Shown: piece by piece, positions 43,757-57,756 of the stretch | Layout: every line of letters starts with the position of its first letter | How positions within the stretch are numbered: position 1 is the stretch's first letter | Assembly (NCBI RefSeq): GCF_009914755.1 | Contig: NC_060926.1 | Direction: 5' to 3' (one strand) | Origin: the human T2T-CHM13v2.0 reference genome, Homo sapiens | DNA length: 64,000 nucleotides | Notes under the pieces: generated by a model | The model's input: the letters and a program-made list of their open reading frames with translations, nothing else | What the model was told of the DNA's origin: nothing | The model's database searches: none | Position numbers and translations under genes: made by a program

Positions 43757-46700
43757 TTTTTGTACTTTTGTACTATCTATACCCATAGCTATGATGAGCA
43801 CTGCGTCTTGCTAAATATTCATTTGATTTGACTTCTACCCCAAATTCTGGTTTTCAGCATTATGAAAAAAAATGTTCATTTATTTTGAAGTCACTTCTTT
43901 CTGTCTTAAACATTTTTCGACTTCAGGAGACCACAACTTAAATGTTTTGTTTGTTTGTTTTTGTTTTTTTTACTAACAGACACATGTAAACTATTTTATA
44001 AGATACATTTTGGTAAGCTACATGGCATGATCAGCCACAGTAAAAATATTAAAAATTAAGTAAGTGAGTCATATCTTTGTTATTTTTCATGTTCTATTCT
44101 TTGTTCCTGAAGCTCCCTCCCATCCACCCTAAACACCCAACATCCACGTTCTATTCTTCAGCTGTGGAAAGCCCACCAGAGCCCCACCCTGGCAACACGG
44201 TGGCCTGGGCCACAACCGACAATACTCCTATCGTCCCAAATTGCCTTCTTATTCTAACCTCACTTCTACCCTTCCTTTGCCAAAAATTCTATACTATCAA
44301 TGAAATTTTAGCTACCTGCAAAATAAATGAATCTCAATAGTTAACCACTTCACATAAAGAATGGATGATTAATAAATAGTCTTTGTTGAATTTGCTTATG
44401 AAATGAATGTATATCCAAATTAAATTGTAACTAGATTGATTATAAAACCTCTTGGTGGGAAATCTTTTTTAAAAGCCCTAACAATTAAACTCCTAAAATA
44501 AATAATTTTTAAACATTGACAATGTTTTATTTCAGAGAGAAATTTTGAATTGTTTTTTATATGGCTGTATCTGCAAATTATATCTTGATTTCTTACTAGA
44601 TATTCCTGTTTCTCTTCTACGCTTGGTTATTTTTTTTTTTCAAGATTTTGATTTATCATTTTCTCTACTTTTTAAATTTTGTAGATGTTCAAATGTCATA
44701 AGCTTTTCAGGTCTTTCAGTCTTGTTTATACACCCTCAGAATCATTTTTCTATAAAGGGGAAATTATATAAATAATAAGTCCTATTACCTTAAAATATAT
44801 TACAAATCAGGCTGGACAAGGAGAATCAAGAATGCGCATTGCCCCTCATTTTTCCGATACCCCACCACCACAATCTTAGCACCTGGAACAAAGCAACAGC
44901 AATCTGCTGCTGGGGGTGGGGCACGTGTATGGAAAGAAACCCCACCTGAAGCACAAGTCTGCAGGGTTTCTCGAAAGCTAAAAGTGCCCACTGGCATCAA
45001 GGAAAGCCCTCTGCCATCCCAGGAACCACACTAAGAACAACACATCAAAAAACAACCACAGTAGGACTTGGGCTTGCTCTTAGGATGCAGTAAACTACAA
45101 AAGAATGTTCTCACTCTAACAATGACAAAACAACAACAAAAAACAGATAATCTTAATCTGATAGAAGTCAACAATTAGGTTTCTAAATTATGGTTAAGTA
45201 TTGAAGCAAAATAACTCTTTAAGAAAAGTAGCTATGGACAAAACCATAATATTGAAGTCTTAGGAATGTCGAGATTGTGATAACATTTTTAAAATACTTT
45301 ATTTTTAATTTTTAAATGCATCTATCTTAAGGCAATGATGATATTTAATAAATTGATGACATCTCTTGAATGACAGAATCTTTGCTCTCTATTTGAACAG
45401 ATACAGACTTTGACCATTTTTGCCTATTACCAGACCTTGTTACTGGATGTTGACACTTCTTCAATTTCTTCCCTAAGTGGTGTCAGAATTCCTCCTTTAT
45501 CAGTCAGTCAATCTGCCAGGAGAGCCTTCTGTTCTCTTCCCACATTTTCTAAGTTAATTCTGACTTCATAGCCTACTAAGTAAGAGTCAGGACATAGGGA
45601 ACTGGTAGAAAAGCCACTTTTCTCACACTTTTCCCTTCCAGTGCCCCATGACAGCTATACCCAAGAGATGCCTGTCTAAGTGACTATCAAGACCACTTAC
45701 TAACAAGCATCCAAGGTCAGAGTATATTCAACGTGGGATACAAAGACATCTTTTGACTTACTGGCCTCCATTTCTGAGTTTTGAGGAAAAAAAAATTAAT
45801 CAGTGCAGACAGTAGAATAGAGAAAATACAAAAATGGAAAAATTATCTCTGAGGACTAGTTCAAATTCAATTTTTCAGTATTGTTGAATTTATACAAACA
45901 ATATTTAACAGAATTCTGCTTATTCTTCAAAAAATGTTGTAATATTTATGGGTTTTGTTTCAAGAAATACTTAAGAAATTAACAACTGCATTTCTGAAAA
46001 ATTCTTACATATTGGGCCAGTTTCACCTTTTATAAGGAGAGAAAGCATTTGACTTTTGAGAAAAAGAATTATTAGAGATCATCCCCAAACTTAGGTATTA
46101 CATCTCTTCATTGGAAAAAAAGTTGGCATTTTTTTATAGAATAGAATGTCTCTGGGTCAGACATTCTATTTCACACTAGTTAGAGTAAAACTTTTTCGAT
46201 TTGTTAGGTTTGTTGGTGGCCCAGAAACAAACAGTTTGTTTAAGGTTTAAGGCAATTGTTGGGGTGGGGTAAAGTGTTGTTGGTTGTTTTGTTGTTGGCT
46301 GGTTTGTTTAGTTTCATCAAGATATGTAGTACCACGTGAAAAATAATTGTATTTTCATTATTTATTCTTAAAACAAGATTATTTCTATTTTTAATTTGTT
46401 AGAAATTACAGAGAAAAAAGCAACTGTGCATATTCAAAAGCAATGTATATATAAAAACAATGAGTCAGCATTATGCTTTTAGTTATGGAGATGCCCATGT
46501 TACGTATTTCATTAAGAATCAGGCTGAAGGATACGACCGGACACTGAAAGAATACCACTAGATTAAGGAGACTGCCTAGTATACCTATGTCATCAAACAC
46601 TGGTAATTTGTTTATTTTCTTATAGAGTGGGTAAGGCCCATTTTGATCATATTTCAAAAAGCGGTGTTCAGATTCACTTCAAATTACTTTCCTTAAGTAT

Positions 46701-47056
46701 TTCTTCCCAAATACAACTTTATATAATAACTGATACTGTACCTGGCCATGAACACTGTTCAGTGGAAGTTTATTAGTTTCAGTAGTGGCAGCAACATAAT
46801 AATTGAATCCCTATATACCCCATACCTCAAGAAGATCAAATATGAAACTTATGTCTCTAGGACAAAATGATTTTTGGATACATCAGGAGACATCAATGCC
46901 ATTAAATAGAGGATCTGCTGATGCTGCTCTTCACCACTGTTTTTCTGCACCTAGGTTTAAGTCTGGTCCGTGATAAATCTTGAATAAATGTTTTTCTATG
47001 AACAGTTGAATTAATAATTTACTATGAATTACAAACTTTCTTATGTTACCTCTCAG

Positions 47057-47293
47057 AATTAGCCTATGCTACTGCTGATTAATGCACTTGGAGGATAATC
47101 CTGAATCCACCATGCCTCGAGCGGCCCAAGAGACATTCCATTCATATGTGTATGGGAGAAGGGCCCAGGAGAGCCTCATGGAAGGAGCTTCTGAAAGTGA
47201 AGAAAGCACTTAATCTTCTTTGTCAGGGGATTTACATGTTGATCCTACAAGTATCCCTCGCCCTCTGCTGTACTTCTAACAATTCATTTTGTG
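47057..47293 (+). other. Candidate spliced exon (lncRNA/UTR-like) containing a 33-codon smORF
   Basis: Acceptor ttcttatgttacctctcag|, donor GTG|gtaagt; CCACCATG at 47107-47114; no homology recognised. Confidence 0.25.
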
Positions 47294-47727
47294 GTAAGTT
47301 TATGGAGAGTGCTCCATACTTATTCTAATTAAAGGAATGTGTCTTACATAGGTGATAGGCATGCTGAGATTTGGATGGATTTAAAATGTTAATATGTGAA
47401 AAATTATGGATATTATTTAGATGCTGGAAACTTGAGCCCTTACTGTTGTTCACTCTGCAAGTCTAATCAGATGATATTTCTCAAATTATTGATGTACAAA
47501 TGAGATTTTTCTACCATAATTTCTTCCATGTAAAAATGTTCATTGTGCTTTATGTTGAAGTGAGTCCATACAGTGTATACACAATGCACAATGTGCAATA
47601 AAAATAAGGTAATGTCATGAATTTTCCAACAATTTTAGATACTCTAGTTAGGATTTGTTCTTCCTTTTTATTTTACCTGAAGGAACGACATTCTTCAAAT
47701 GCCATTTTTACCACTTCATTTAAAATT

Positions 47728-50700
47728 GAGGAGGTGGAGCAAGGTGGCAGAATAGAAGGTGTCCCTGGCCCCTCCCTGCCCCTGGAACATCAAATTTTAA
47801 CAAATATCTGCACATAGAAAAACACCATCATGAGAACAAAAAATCAAGTGAGCAATCACAGCATGTGATTTGAATTTCATATCACTCAATGAGGCATTGA
47901 AGAGGGTGAGAGAGACAGTCTTGTATAGCTGATCCTATGCTCACGCCCTGTCACATCCCCCGGCAATGGTCCTGGGGCATGGAGAGTCTGTTCACTTAGA
48001 GGAGGGAGAGCACAGAGACTGGGGAACTTTACATTAAACTTAGTGCTACCCTGTCATAGCAGAGAGTAAAGCCATGCTGGGATCAGCCAGTGCCCACGCA
48101 TGTGGGAGCAGTCGAACTAGCTAGAGGGAAATTTGCCCATTCCAGCAGTTAGAACTCGAGTTTCTTGACAAGTCTTGCCATTGCAGGCTGAAATGCTCTG
48201 GGGTCCTAAGTAAACTTGAAAGGCAGAATAGGACACAAGGACTGAAACTCCTAGGCAATCCTAGTGTTAGGCTGGGCTTAGAACCAGAGGACCAGCATGG
48301 CGTGTTACCTAGGGAGATATCACCAGAGGCAGCTAAGGGACTGCTAGCACCACTTCTCCCCCAACCCTAGGCAGTGAAGCTTGCAGCAATGAAAGTAACT
48401 CCTTGCTTCTGCCTAAAGAGAGGAGAGCAAAGAGTAAAGTGGATTTTGTCTTGCATTTTGGATACCAGCTCAGCCACAGTAGTTAGCACACTGGGCAGAG
48501 TTGTGAGACCCCCATTACAGGCCCTAGCTTATGGATGTTATTTCTAGACACACCTTGTCGCAAAAGGCAACCTGCTACCTTGAAGGGAAGAACCCAGTGA
48601 TGACAGGATTCATCACCTACTTACTAAAGAGTTCTTGGGCCCTAAATAACCAGCAGCAATACCCAGGGAGTATGCTGTGGGCCTTGGGCTCTGAGATGTG
48701 CTGACTTCAGGTGTGACCCAGCACATTCTCAAGGGTGGCAGCTACAGTAAATGACTCCTGAGAAAAGCAGAGGGAAAAGTAAAGGGGACTTTGTCTTGCA
48801 CCTTAGGTAACACCTTGGCCACAGTGGGTTAGAGCAACAAGCAATCTCCTGCACACCCTGGGTCTAGGACTAAGCACTTGGACAGCATTTCTGGACCTGC
48901 CCTGTGTCAGAGAGGAGCCCATTGCCCTGAAGGGTGAGTCTCAGGCATGGCAGTATTCACTACAAGCTGACTGAAGAGCCCTTGGGCTCTAAGAAAACAT
49001 CAGTGTTGGCCTAGCAGAATCTGCCATTGGCCAGTAGTGGTGGTGGCTCCCCAGAGATGCTCCTCTGCCTGTGGAAAGGGGAGATAAGGACAGGAAGCGC
49101 TTTGTATTGTGGTTTGAGTGCCAACTTAGCCACAGTAGAATGGAGCACCAGGTAAATTTCCAAGGTTTTTGGCTTCAATTCCTGGCTCAAAGACAGTATC
49201 TCTGGACCTGCCTAGGGTCTAGGGGAAGTTGCCACCCTGGAGAGGAGGGCATAAACCTGACTGGATTCACTACCTGCTGATCCTAGAGCACTAGGGCCTT
49301 GAGTGAACACGTGTGGTAGCCAAGTAGTGGTTACAGTGGGCATTGGATAAGACCCAGTGCTATGCTGGTTTCAGACCTGAACCATTATAGTTCCAGTGGT
49401 GGTGGCCACAGGGGTGCTTGCATCACCACACCCCCAGTTCCAGGTGGTTCAGCACAGAGAAAGATTCCATTTGTTCGGAAGAAAGCAAGGGAAAGAACAA
49501 GAGTCTCCGCCTGGTAATCTACAGAGTTCTTCAAAATCTCATCTAAGACATCAAAAGTGTTACTTGTATAAGTCTGCCAAAAAAAAAAAAAAAAAAAACC
49601 ACAATGGGTTTAGGGCCCAAGTTTCTTCAAATACCTGGAAAGCCTTCTCAAGAAGGATGGGCACAAATGAGCCCAGACTGTGAAGAGTACAATAAATACC
49701 TGACTCTTCAATGCCCAGGCACCAACAAGCATATACAAGCACCAGAATCATCCAGGAAAACATGACCTAATGAAATAAACTAAATCAGGCACCAGAGACC
49801 AGTCCTGGAGAAAGAGAGACATGTGATTTTTCAAACGTAGAAGTCAAAATAACTACTTTGAGGAAACCTTAAGAAATTCATAACACAGACCAAGAATTCA
49901 GAATTCTATTCAACAAATTTAACAAACAGATTAAAATAAAAATAATCAAGTAGAAATTCTACAGTTGAAAATTGCAGTTGACATACTGAAAAATGCATCA
50001 ATTGCTTAATAGCATAATCAATGAAGCAGAAGAGATAATTAGTGAGCTTGAAGACAGGCTACTTACACTTACATTCTGAAATTACACAGTCAGAGTAGAA
50101 AAAAGAAAAAAGAATGAACAAGAAGGAAGCACACCTATAAGATCTAGAAAACAGCCTTAAAAGGGCAAAAGTTACTGGCTTTAAAGAGGAGGGAGAAAAA
50201 GAGATGGAGGTAGAAAATTTATTTAAAGGAAAAATATCAGAGAACTTCCCAAACCTGGGGAAACATATCAAAATTTAAGTACAAGAATGTTATAGATTTA
50301 ACCCAAAGAGTACCTCAAGGTATTTAATCATCATACTCCCAAAGGTCAAGGATAAAGAAAGGATCTTAAAAGTAGCAAGATAAAAGAAATAAACAACATA
50401 GAGTGGAACTCTAATACATCTGGAAGCAGATATTTCAGTGGAAATCTTACATGCCGGGAGAGAGTGGCATGACATATTTAAAGTACTGAAGGAAAAACTT
50501 TTACCCTTGAATAGTACATCCAGCCAAAAATATCCTTTAAGCATGAAGAAGAAATAAAGATCTTCCCTGATAAACAAAAGCTGGGGTATTTTGTCAACAT
50601 CAGACCTCTCCTAGAAGAAATGCTAAAGGCAGTTCTTTAATCAGAAAGAAAGGATGTTAATAAGCATGAAGAGATCCTCTGAAGGTACAGAATTCAATAG

Positions 50701-52757
50701 AAATAGTAAGCACACAGAAAAATGCAGAATATTATAACACCGTAATTGTGATTTGCAAACTACTCTTAAGTAGAAAGACTAAATGATGAACCAATCAAAA
50801 ACAATAACAAAAACAAATTTTCAAGACTCAGTACAATAAAACATAAAGAGAAACAATAAAAACTTAAAAATTGGGGAGGAAGTTAAAGTTTAGAGTTTTT
50901 GTTTTTTTCTTTTTGCTTGTTAGTTTATGCAAACAATGTTAAGCTGTTATTAGTTGAAAATAATGAGCTATAGGATAGTATTTGCAAGCTTCATGGTAAC
51001 CTCAAATACAAAAAAAAATACAATGAATACACATAAAATAAAAAGCAAGAAGTTAAATCATAACACCAGAGAACATCATCTTCATTAAAATGAAGGCAGG
51101 GAGAAAGGAAAAAAGGATGAGAAAACTGCAAAAACAACCAGGAAACAAATTACAAAATGCCAGGAGTTAGTCCTTACTTATCAATAATAATATTGAATGT
51201 AAATGCACTAAACTCCCCAATCAAAAGACATGGAGTGGCTGAATTAATTAAAAAAACAAGATCCAATGATATGTTGCTTACAAGAAACACTTCACCAATG
51301 AAGATACACATACATTGAAAATAAAGGAGTGGGAGAAGATATTCCATGCTAATGGAAACCAAAAAAGAGCAAGAGTAGCTATACTTATATCATAAAAAAA
51401 TGGATTTTAAGACAAAAACTGTAAGAAGAGACAAAGAAGATCATTATCCAATAATAAAGGAGTCAATTCAGCAAGAGGATATAAAGATTGTAAATATATA
51501 TGCACCCAACACTGGAGCACCCAGCTATGTAAAGAAAATATTAGAGCTAGAGCTAGGAGAGAGACAGAGAGAGAGAGAACTCAATAAAATAATAGCTGGA
51601 GACTTCAACACCCCATGTTGGCATTGGACAGATCTTCCAGACAGCAAATCAACGAAGAAACATCAAACTTAATCTGCACTATTGAACAAATGGAACTAAG
51701 ATATTTACAGGTAATTTTATTCAACAGCTATAGAATACACATTATCTTCCTTAGCACATGGATCATGCTCAAGGATAGACCATATATTAGGTCACAAAAC
51801 AAGTCTTGAAAAAAATTTTGTGTTTTAAAACTTTATTTCAAAAAAATTGAAATAATATGAAACATCTTCTCTGACCAGAGTGTAATAAAACCAGAAACAA
51901 CAACAGTAATTTTGGAAATTATACAAGCACATGGGAATTAAACAATATGCTCCTCGATGACCAGTGGGACAAAAAGTAATTAAGAAGGGAACTGAAAAGT
52001 TTCTTGAAACAAATGACAATGGAAACACAAAATACCAATACCTAAGGGATACAGTGGAAGCAGTACTAAAAGGAATATGTATAGCTATAAGTGCCTGTAT
52101 GAAAAAAGGAGAAAAACTTTACATAAATAACCTAATGATGAATTTTGAAGAACTAGATGACAAGAGCAAACCAAACACAAAATTAGTAGAAGAAATCATA
52201 AAGATCAGAGTAGAAATAAATGAATGTGAAATGAAGTAAACAATACAAAAGATCAATAAAACATAAAGTTTTTTTAAAAGATAAACAAAATTCACAAACC
52301 CTTAGCCAGACTAATGAAGAAAAAAAGGGAGAGACCAAAATAAATAAATCAGAGATATAAAAGGAGACATTATAACCAATACTGCAGAAACTCAAAGGAT
52401 CATTAGTGGTTACTATGAGCAACTATATCCAATGAATTAAAAAACCTAGAGGAAATGGATAAATTCCTAGACACACACAATACACAAAGATTGAATCATG
52501 AAGAAATCCAAGACCTCAGCAGACCAATGACAAGTAACAATATTAAAGCTGTAATAAAGTGTCCCACTAAAGAAAACCCTGGGACCTTATGGCTTCATGG
52601 CAGATTCTACCATACATTTAAAAAAGATTTAATACAAATCCTACTCAAATTATTCCAAAAGATAGAGGAGGAAGGAATACTTTCAAAATCAAACTCATTC
52701 TACAAGGCCAGTATTACTCTGATACCAAATGCAGACAAAGACACAGAAAGGAAGAAA

Positions 52758-52788
<31 letters not shown>

Positions 52789-52853
52789 GGAAGGAAGGAA
52801 GGAAGGAAGGAAGGAAGGAAGGAAGGAAAGAAAGAAAGAAAGAAAGAAAGAAA

Positions 52854-52909
<56 letters not shown>

Positions 52910-53860
52910 AACGAAAGAAGGAAGGAAGGAAGGAAAGTACAAGCCAATATCACTGATGAACATTGATGTAATAATCCTCAACAAAATACTAGCAAATCAA
53001 AAGCAACAATACATTAAAAAGATCATTCTTCATGATCAAGTAAGCTTTATCCCTGGGATGCAAGGATGATTCAACATATGCATATCAATCAATGTGACAT
53101 ATTAACAAAATGAAGGACAAAAACCATGTGATAATTTTAATTGATGCTGAATAAGCATTTGATGAAATTCAACATCTCTTTATTATAAAAACCCTAAAAT
53201 ACTGGGGATACAAGGAACATACCTCAACATAATAAAAGCCATATGCAATGACCCACAGCTGGCATTATAATGAATGGGGAAAACAGAAAGCCTATCAATG
53301 GATGAATGAATAAAGAGAATATGTTATGCACACACATAGTGGAATACTATTCAGCTATATAAAAGAATGAAATCATGATGTCATTTGCAGCAATGTAGAT
53401 GAAACTGGAGATTATTATGTTAAGTGAAATAAGTCAGGCACAGAAAGACAAATACCATACATACTCACTCATAGGTAGGAACTGAAAATCTTAATCTCAT
53501 GAACATAGGGAATAGAATGCCAGATACCAGAGTCTGGGCAAGGCTGGGGAGGGGGATAAAGAGAGGTTTATTATGAGTACAAACATACAGTTAACTAGAA
53601 GAAGTTTTTTTTAATGTTTGATAGCAGACTAGGGTGACTAAACTTAGCAAAAATATTATGTATATTTCCAAGTAACTAGAAGAGAGGATTTTAAATGATA
53701 CCATCACATAAAAATGATAAACACTCAAAATGATGGATACTTCAAATAACCTGACTTGATTATTACACATTCTATACAACATTCACATGTATATGTTGAT
53801 ATATATATACACACATAAATATATTCATATATAATATGAAAATTATTATATATAAATAAA
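47728..53860 (+). mobile_element. L1MA (L1MA4-like 3' end) near-full-length element: 5' UTR, ORF1, inter-ORF, ORF2 with ~1.7-kb internal gap, 3' UTR
   Basis: Starts gaggaggtggagcaaggtggcagaatag; decayed ORF1 ~49760-50640; ORF2 ATG 51157; NIYAPNTGAP, AGDFNTP, MDKFLDTHN, DQVSFIPGMQG; 3' UTR tagcagactagggtgacta...gatggatac. Confidence 0.9.
52745..52937. repeat. (GAAA/GGAA)n microsatellite inside L1 ORF2
   Basis: (GGAA)10 at 52789-52828 plus long (GAAA)n. Confidence 0.97.
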
Positions 53861-53864
53861 AGGG

Positions 53865-55520
53865 AAAATATACAAATATATTGTGCTTCTATACACTAGC
53901 AATAAACAATCAGAACCTGATTTTTAAATATATAGCTTATAATAGCACCAAAGTTAAATATTGAGAAATAATTCTAACCAAAAACTAAAACCCCTCTATT
54001 CAGAAACCTACAAACATTGCTGAGAAAAAAAGAAGTCCATTTGTATATCTTCTTTGGAAAAATGTCTGTTCAAATTCTTTGCCCTATTTTTAATCAGGTT
54101 ATTATTATTATTATTATTTGCTATTGGGTTGTAACAGTTTCTAATATATTTTGGAAATTAACCTATTATCAAATATATGATTTGCAATGACCAGTTGGCA
54201 TATGACAAGATGCCCAACATCATTAATTATTAGAGAAATGCAAATCAAAACTAATTACATATCACTTTGCACCTGACAGGATATCTACAATAATTAAAAA
54301 AAAGGATAAGTGCCAGCAGGAATGCAGAAAAATTGGAACACTTATACACTGTCAGTGGAAATGTACAATGGTACAGCATCTATGAAAAACAGTATGCAGT
54401 TTCCTGAAAAAATTAAAACTATGATTACCATATAACTCAGAAACTTCACTTATCTATATATATTTAAAATAATTGAAGTCAAGATCTGGAATAGATATCT
54501 ACACTCTCATGTTCTGTAGCATTATTCATAAGGACAAAGATATAGAAAAAAAACAAGTATTCATTGATAGATAAAGAAAATGTAGTCAAATTAATGAAGA
54601 AATATATCTTGTCCATGAATTGAGAAAGTATTGATAACATGTAAATGTCCTCCAAATGCAAACTGAAACAATGAAACTTCCAGAAGGAAACTTGTGAAAA
54701 TACCTTCATAACCTTTCCATAAGAAAAAAAAAATTAAAGGATACAAAAATTTAAGGAAAATATATTTTGGCATAACATAAATTAAGAACTTCTAGTCATT
54801 GAAAAATACTATTATGAGAGTGCATTAGTCCATTCTTGCGCCACTATAAAGAAATTTCTGAGACTGGGTAATTTATAAAGAAAAAAGTTTAATTGGCTCA
54901 TGGTTCTGCAGGCTTTACAGGAGGCATGGCTGAGGAGGCCTTAGGAAACTTACAACCATGGCAGAAGTGAAAGTAGGTATGTCTTCCAAGGCTGTGGCAG
55001 GAGGAAGAAAGAGAAGGGGGAGGTGCTACACACTTTTAAACACAGATCTCATGAGAAGTCACTGACTATCACTAGATCCACCCCCTTGATTCAATCACCT
55101 CCCACCAGACTCCTCCTCCAACACTGGGGATTACGATTGGACATGAGATTTGGGCAAGGACACAAATCCAAATCATATCAAAGAGTGAATAAGGAAGTAA
55201 AATACTGAAAGATGATATTTACATTACATGTATCTAAAAATACATTGTGCAGAATATATATATAAACAACTTCTGCAAACCTATAAGGAAAAGAGCAACA
55301 ACATAATAAAAGGCAAAAAGACTTGCACAGGCATTTCATAAAAATACAATGTGCCAATGGCCAATAAAAGTCAAAGTAGTGGTTATCTCTGGGGAAGCAG
55401 GACCACACGAAAGGCATATTCTGGAGTTTTTGGAAAATGATATAATGCCATTTACTAGTGCTGTATAAATTAATGGGTTATGCATTTAAGATTTTGTACC
55501 TATCTATGCATCTGTTACAC
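53865..55520. mobile_element. Older L1M fragments (L1ME-like + strand host; L1MB-like element at 54035-~54600 with inverted 5' part)
   Basis: cttctatacactagcaataaacaatcag (ORF2, +); antisense block 54035-54187; sense gaaatgcaaatcaaaac...ctcagaaacttcactt. Confidence 0.7.
54821..55180 (-). mobile_element. MSTA-like solo LTR
   Basis: tgcattagtccattcttgc...ggacacaaatccaaatcatatca; TSD gagag/aagag. Confidence 0.9.
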
Positions 55521-55581
55521 TGATTTTTGGATTTTGGATGCAACTATCTATATTTCATTATACAACTAGCAAGACTTCTCA

Positions 55582-55598
55582 TTTTCTTTCTTTCTTTC

Positions 55599-55631
<33 letters not shown>

Positions 55632-55912
55632 GACACAGGGTCTTATTCTGTCACCCAGGCTGGAGTGCAGTCATGTGCTCACAGCTCACTGCAGCCTGGA
55701 CCTCATGAGCTCAAGTGATCCTCCACACTAACCTCCCAAGTAGCTGGGACTACAGGTGTGCACCACTATGATTGGCTAATTTTGTGTTTTTTCGTGGGCA
55801 TGGGGTCTCACTATGTGTGCCCAGGCTTGTCTCAAACCCCTGGGCTCAAACAATCGGCCTGCCTTGAACTCCCGAAGTGCTGGGATTACAGCATGAGCCA
55901 CCGCGCCCAGCC
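55582..55912 (-). mobile_element. AluJ
   Basis: acagggtcttattctgtcacccagg...cactgcagcctgg...gggtctcactatg; (TTTC)n/T tail. Confidence 0.93.
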
Positions 55913-57379
55913 AACTTTAGGTTCTGATTGAACCCAGGTGAAGAAAGGATGCTACGTGACTAGAGGCTGTGGTACAGGAAGCCCTTCCACTTGAACTTTA
56001 TATGCCAGGAGTTCAATGCAGTTCTCTCTGTGCTGAAACTATTCTCCATTTGGAAATTTAATTGTCACTCTCTAGATTAGTGCCTATCTAGAGAGTATTC
56101 AGCCCTACAGAGCCCTCATGCAAGAGATGACTGTTCCTCTTCCTCAGTGCTGTGGAAGACAGATGTTTTACTCTGTAAAGCAAATGAAGCAGAGATTTGA
56201 GATCCCCAAGCACAGGGGAAAGAAGAGGGGAGGTAGGGACTGAAATAAGGAGAGATTTTATGAAAACATTCATTAGTAACTGTGGACTCCCAGTAACCTC
56301 CTCACTGATCCTCACTACCTTAAAGGAAGATTGCCATACAGGCAAATCACAATCCCCACCCCAGCTAGATCCAAGTAAAATATGGAAGATTTTTGCTCTG
56401 GAGAAACTGAATGACCCAGAGAAAAAAATCTCTTCAAACTAAAACTTCTATCATACTGCATTCATGTCAAGTGTTACCCAGAAGTAGTATTTTTCTTAAC
56501 ATTTCTGATCGGTGACACCAAACACTGACACGATTTCCAGAAGGGCATATTGCCACTGAAGTTGCAGTATGCATTGCAGTTCCCTGCCCTACAGCACCAA
56601 CACACTCCGTGGCTCTAAGTAGGTGCTAATAAATATTTTCTGAGTTTATTAATAAATTCAGCCACATACTTGTCAAATCTTAGGAATCAAAAGTTACAAA
56701 GTACTGGAAATAACTTTTGTAGGTCAACTAATGTTCCCTAGGCACAATAATTTCTAAATAGCTTTCTATCATATTTCTGTGCTATATCAAGACAGAAGTG
56801 AACAAACCCACATGGAACTTTAGAGCTTTTATATTTTTGCTTCAGTGAAGCTAAGCCAAATTATTTAATAGCTTAAAGTCAATCTCTCTGCTATCTTTTC
56901 AAAATTTCAGCATCAGCATTAATGAAAGGTTTTTGTGGAGTTTCAGACTAGTAACTTAAAAAGACATTGGTAGTCTGTGTATCCATGGAAATCGGAAATG
57001 AGTAGACTTTTTCATAAGATTATGCTATCTTTGGGATAGGTCATAATGACACCTGGCGAAAAGGAATTGCAGGACAGAAAAGGGCCTGAAGCAAGGCCGT
57101 CCTCATTAATTTTATCTCAACTCTATTGCTCTCATTTGTCGCTGGCAATATATTCCTCCACCCTCAAGCTCCACAAGTTGTTTCCAAAATTTATATAGAG
57201 TCCTGGTTTTCATGGGCCATTTGCTATCCTAAACAAGTAGAATAACCCAATTCTTATTTACTGGAAAGGGTTAAAGAAGCATTATTGAATTAATTTCTTG
57301 ATTACAGCTATTGTTCTCATTTTTAGAATACATCATCATGCTGCCTTTCATTGATTTCCTAAGTAAAGCAGCCATCCTT

Positions 57380-57520
57380 TTAAAGTTTCTCAGTTTTATA
57401 CACTGCCTCATTGATTCCTATGAGGATTTAATAACATAATGCTAATAAGGTGCTTAGCACAGTACCTGGCACAAGTAAGTGCATGTTAACTGATTGTAGT
57501 GTAAGTTGTTATATTGTTAT
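57380..57520 (+). mobile_element. MIR
   Basis: ctatgaggatttaataacataatgctaataaggtgcttagcacagtacctggcacaagtaagtgc. Confidence 0.7.
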
Positions 57521-57756
57521 CAGTACTAGATAGCAGTTTCAGGCATTTTCCGTTATTTTTTTTAAAACCCAAGTATTTTATCTTATTTCCAGCTACTGCT
57601 GAAATGATGTAGAATCATCATAACTAAATGTTAAACCTTATTTTTTACATGATCTCTTTACTTCTCTTTTTGAGAGTAAATATAGAGTCACACAAACACT
57701 GGTTTACATAATTACAGTTTTGAGAAGATTTATTTCACTATTAGCTTATTCAAAAA

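Noticed and set aside
44800-45155. GC-richer block as a promoter
   Set aside because: Few CpGs; more like decayed L1M 5'-end sequence, and neither call is well supported.
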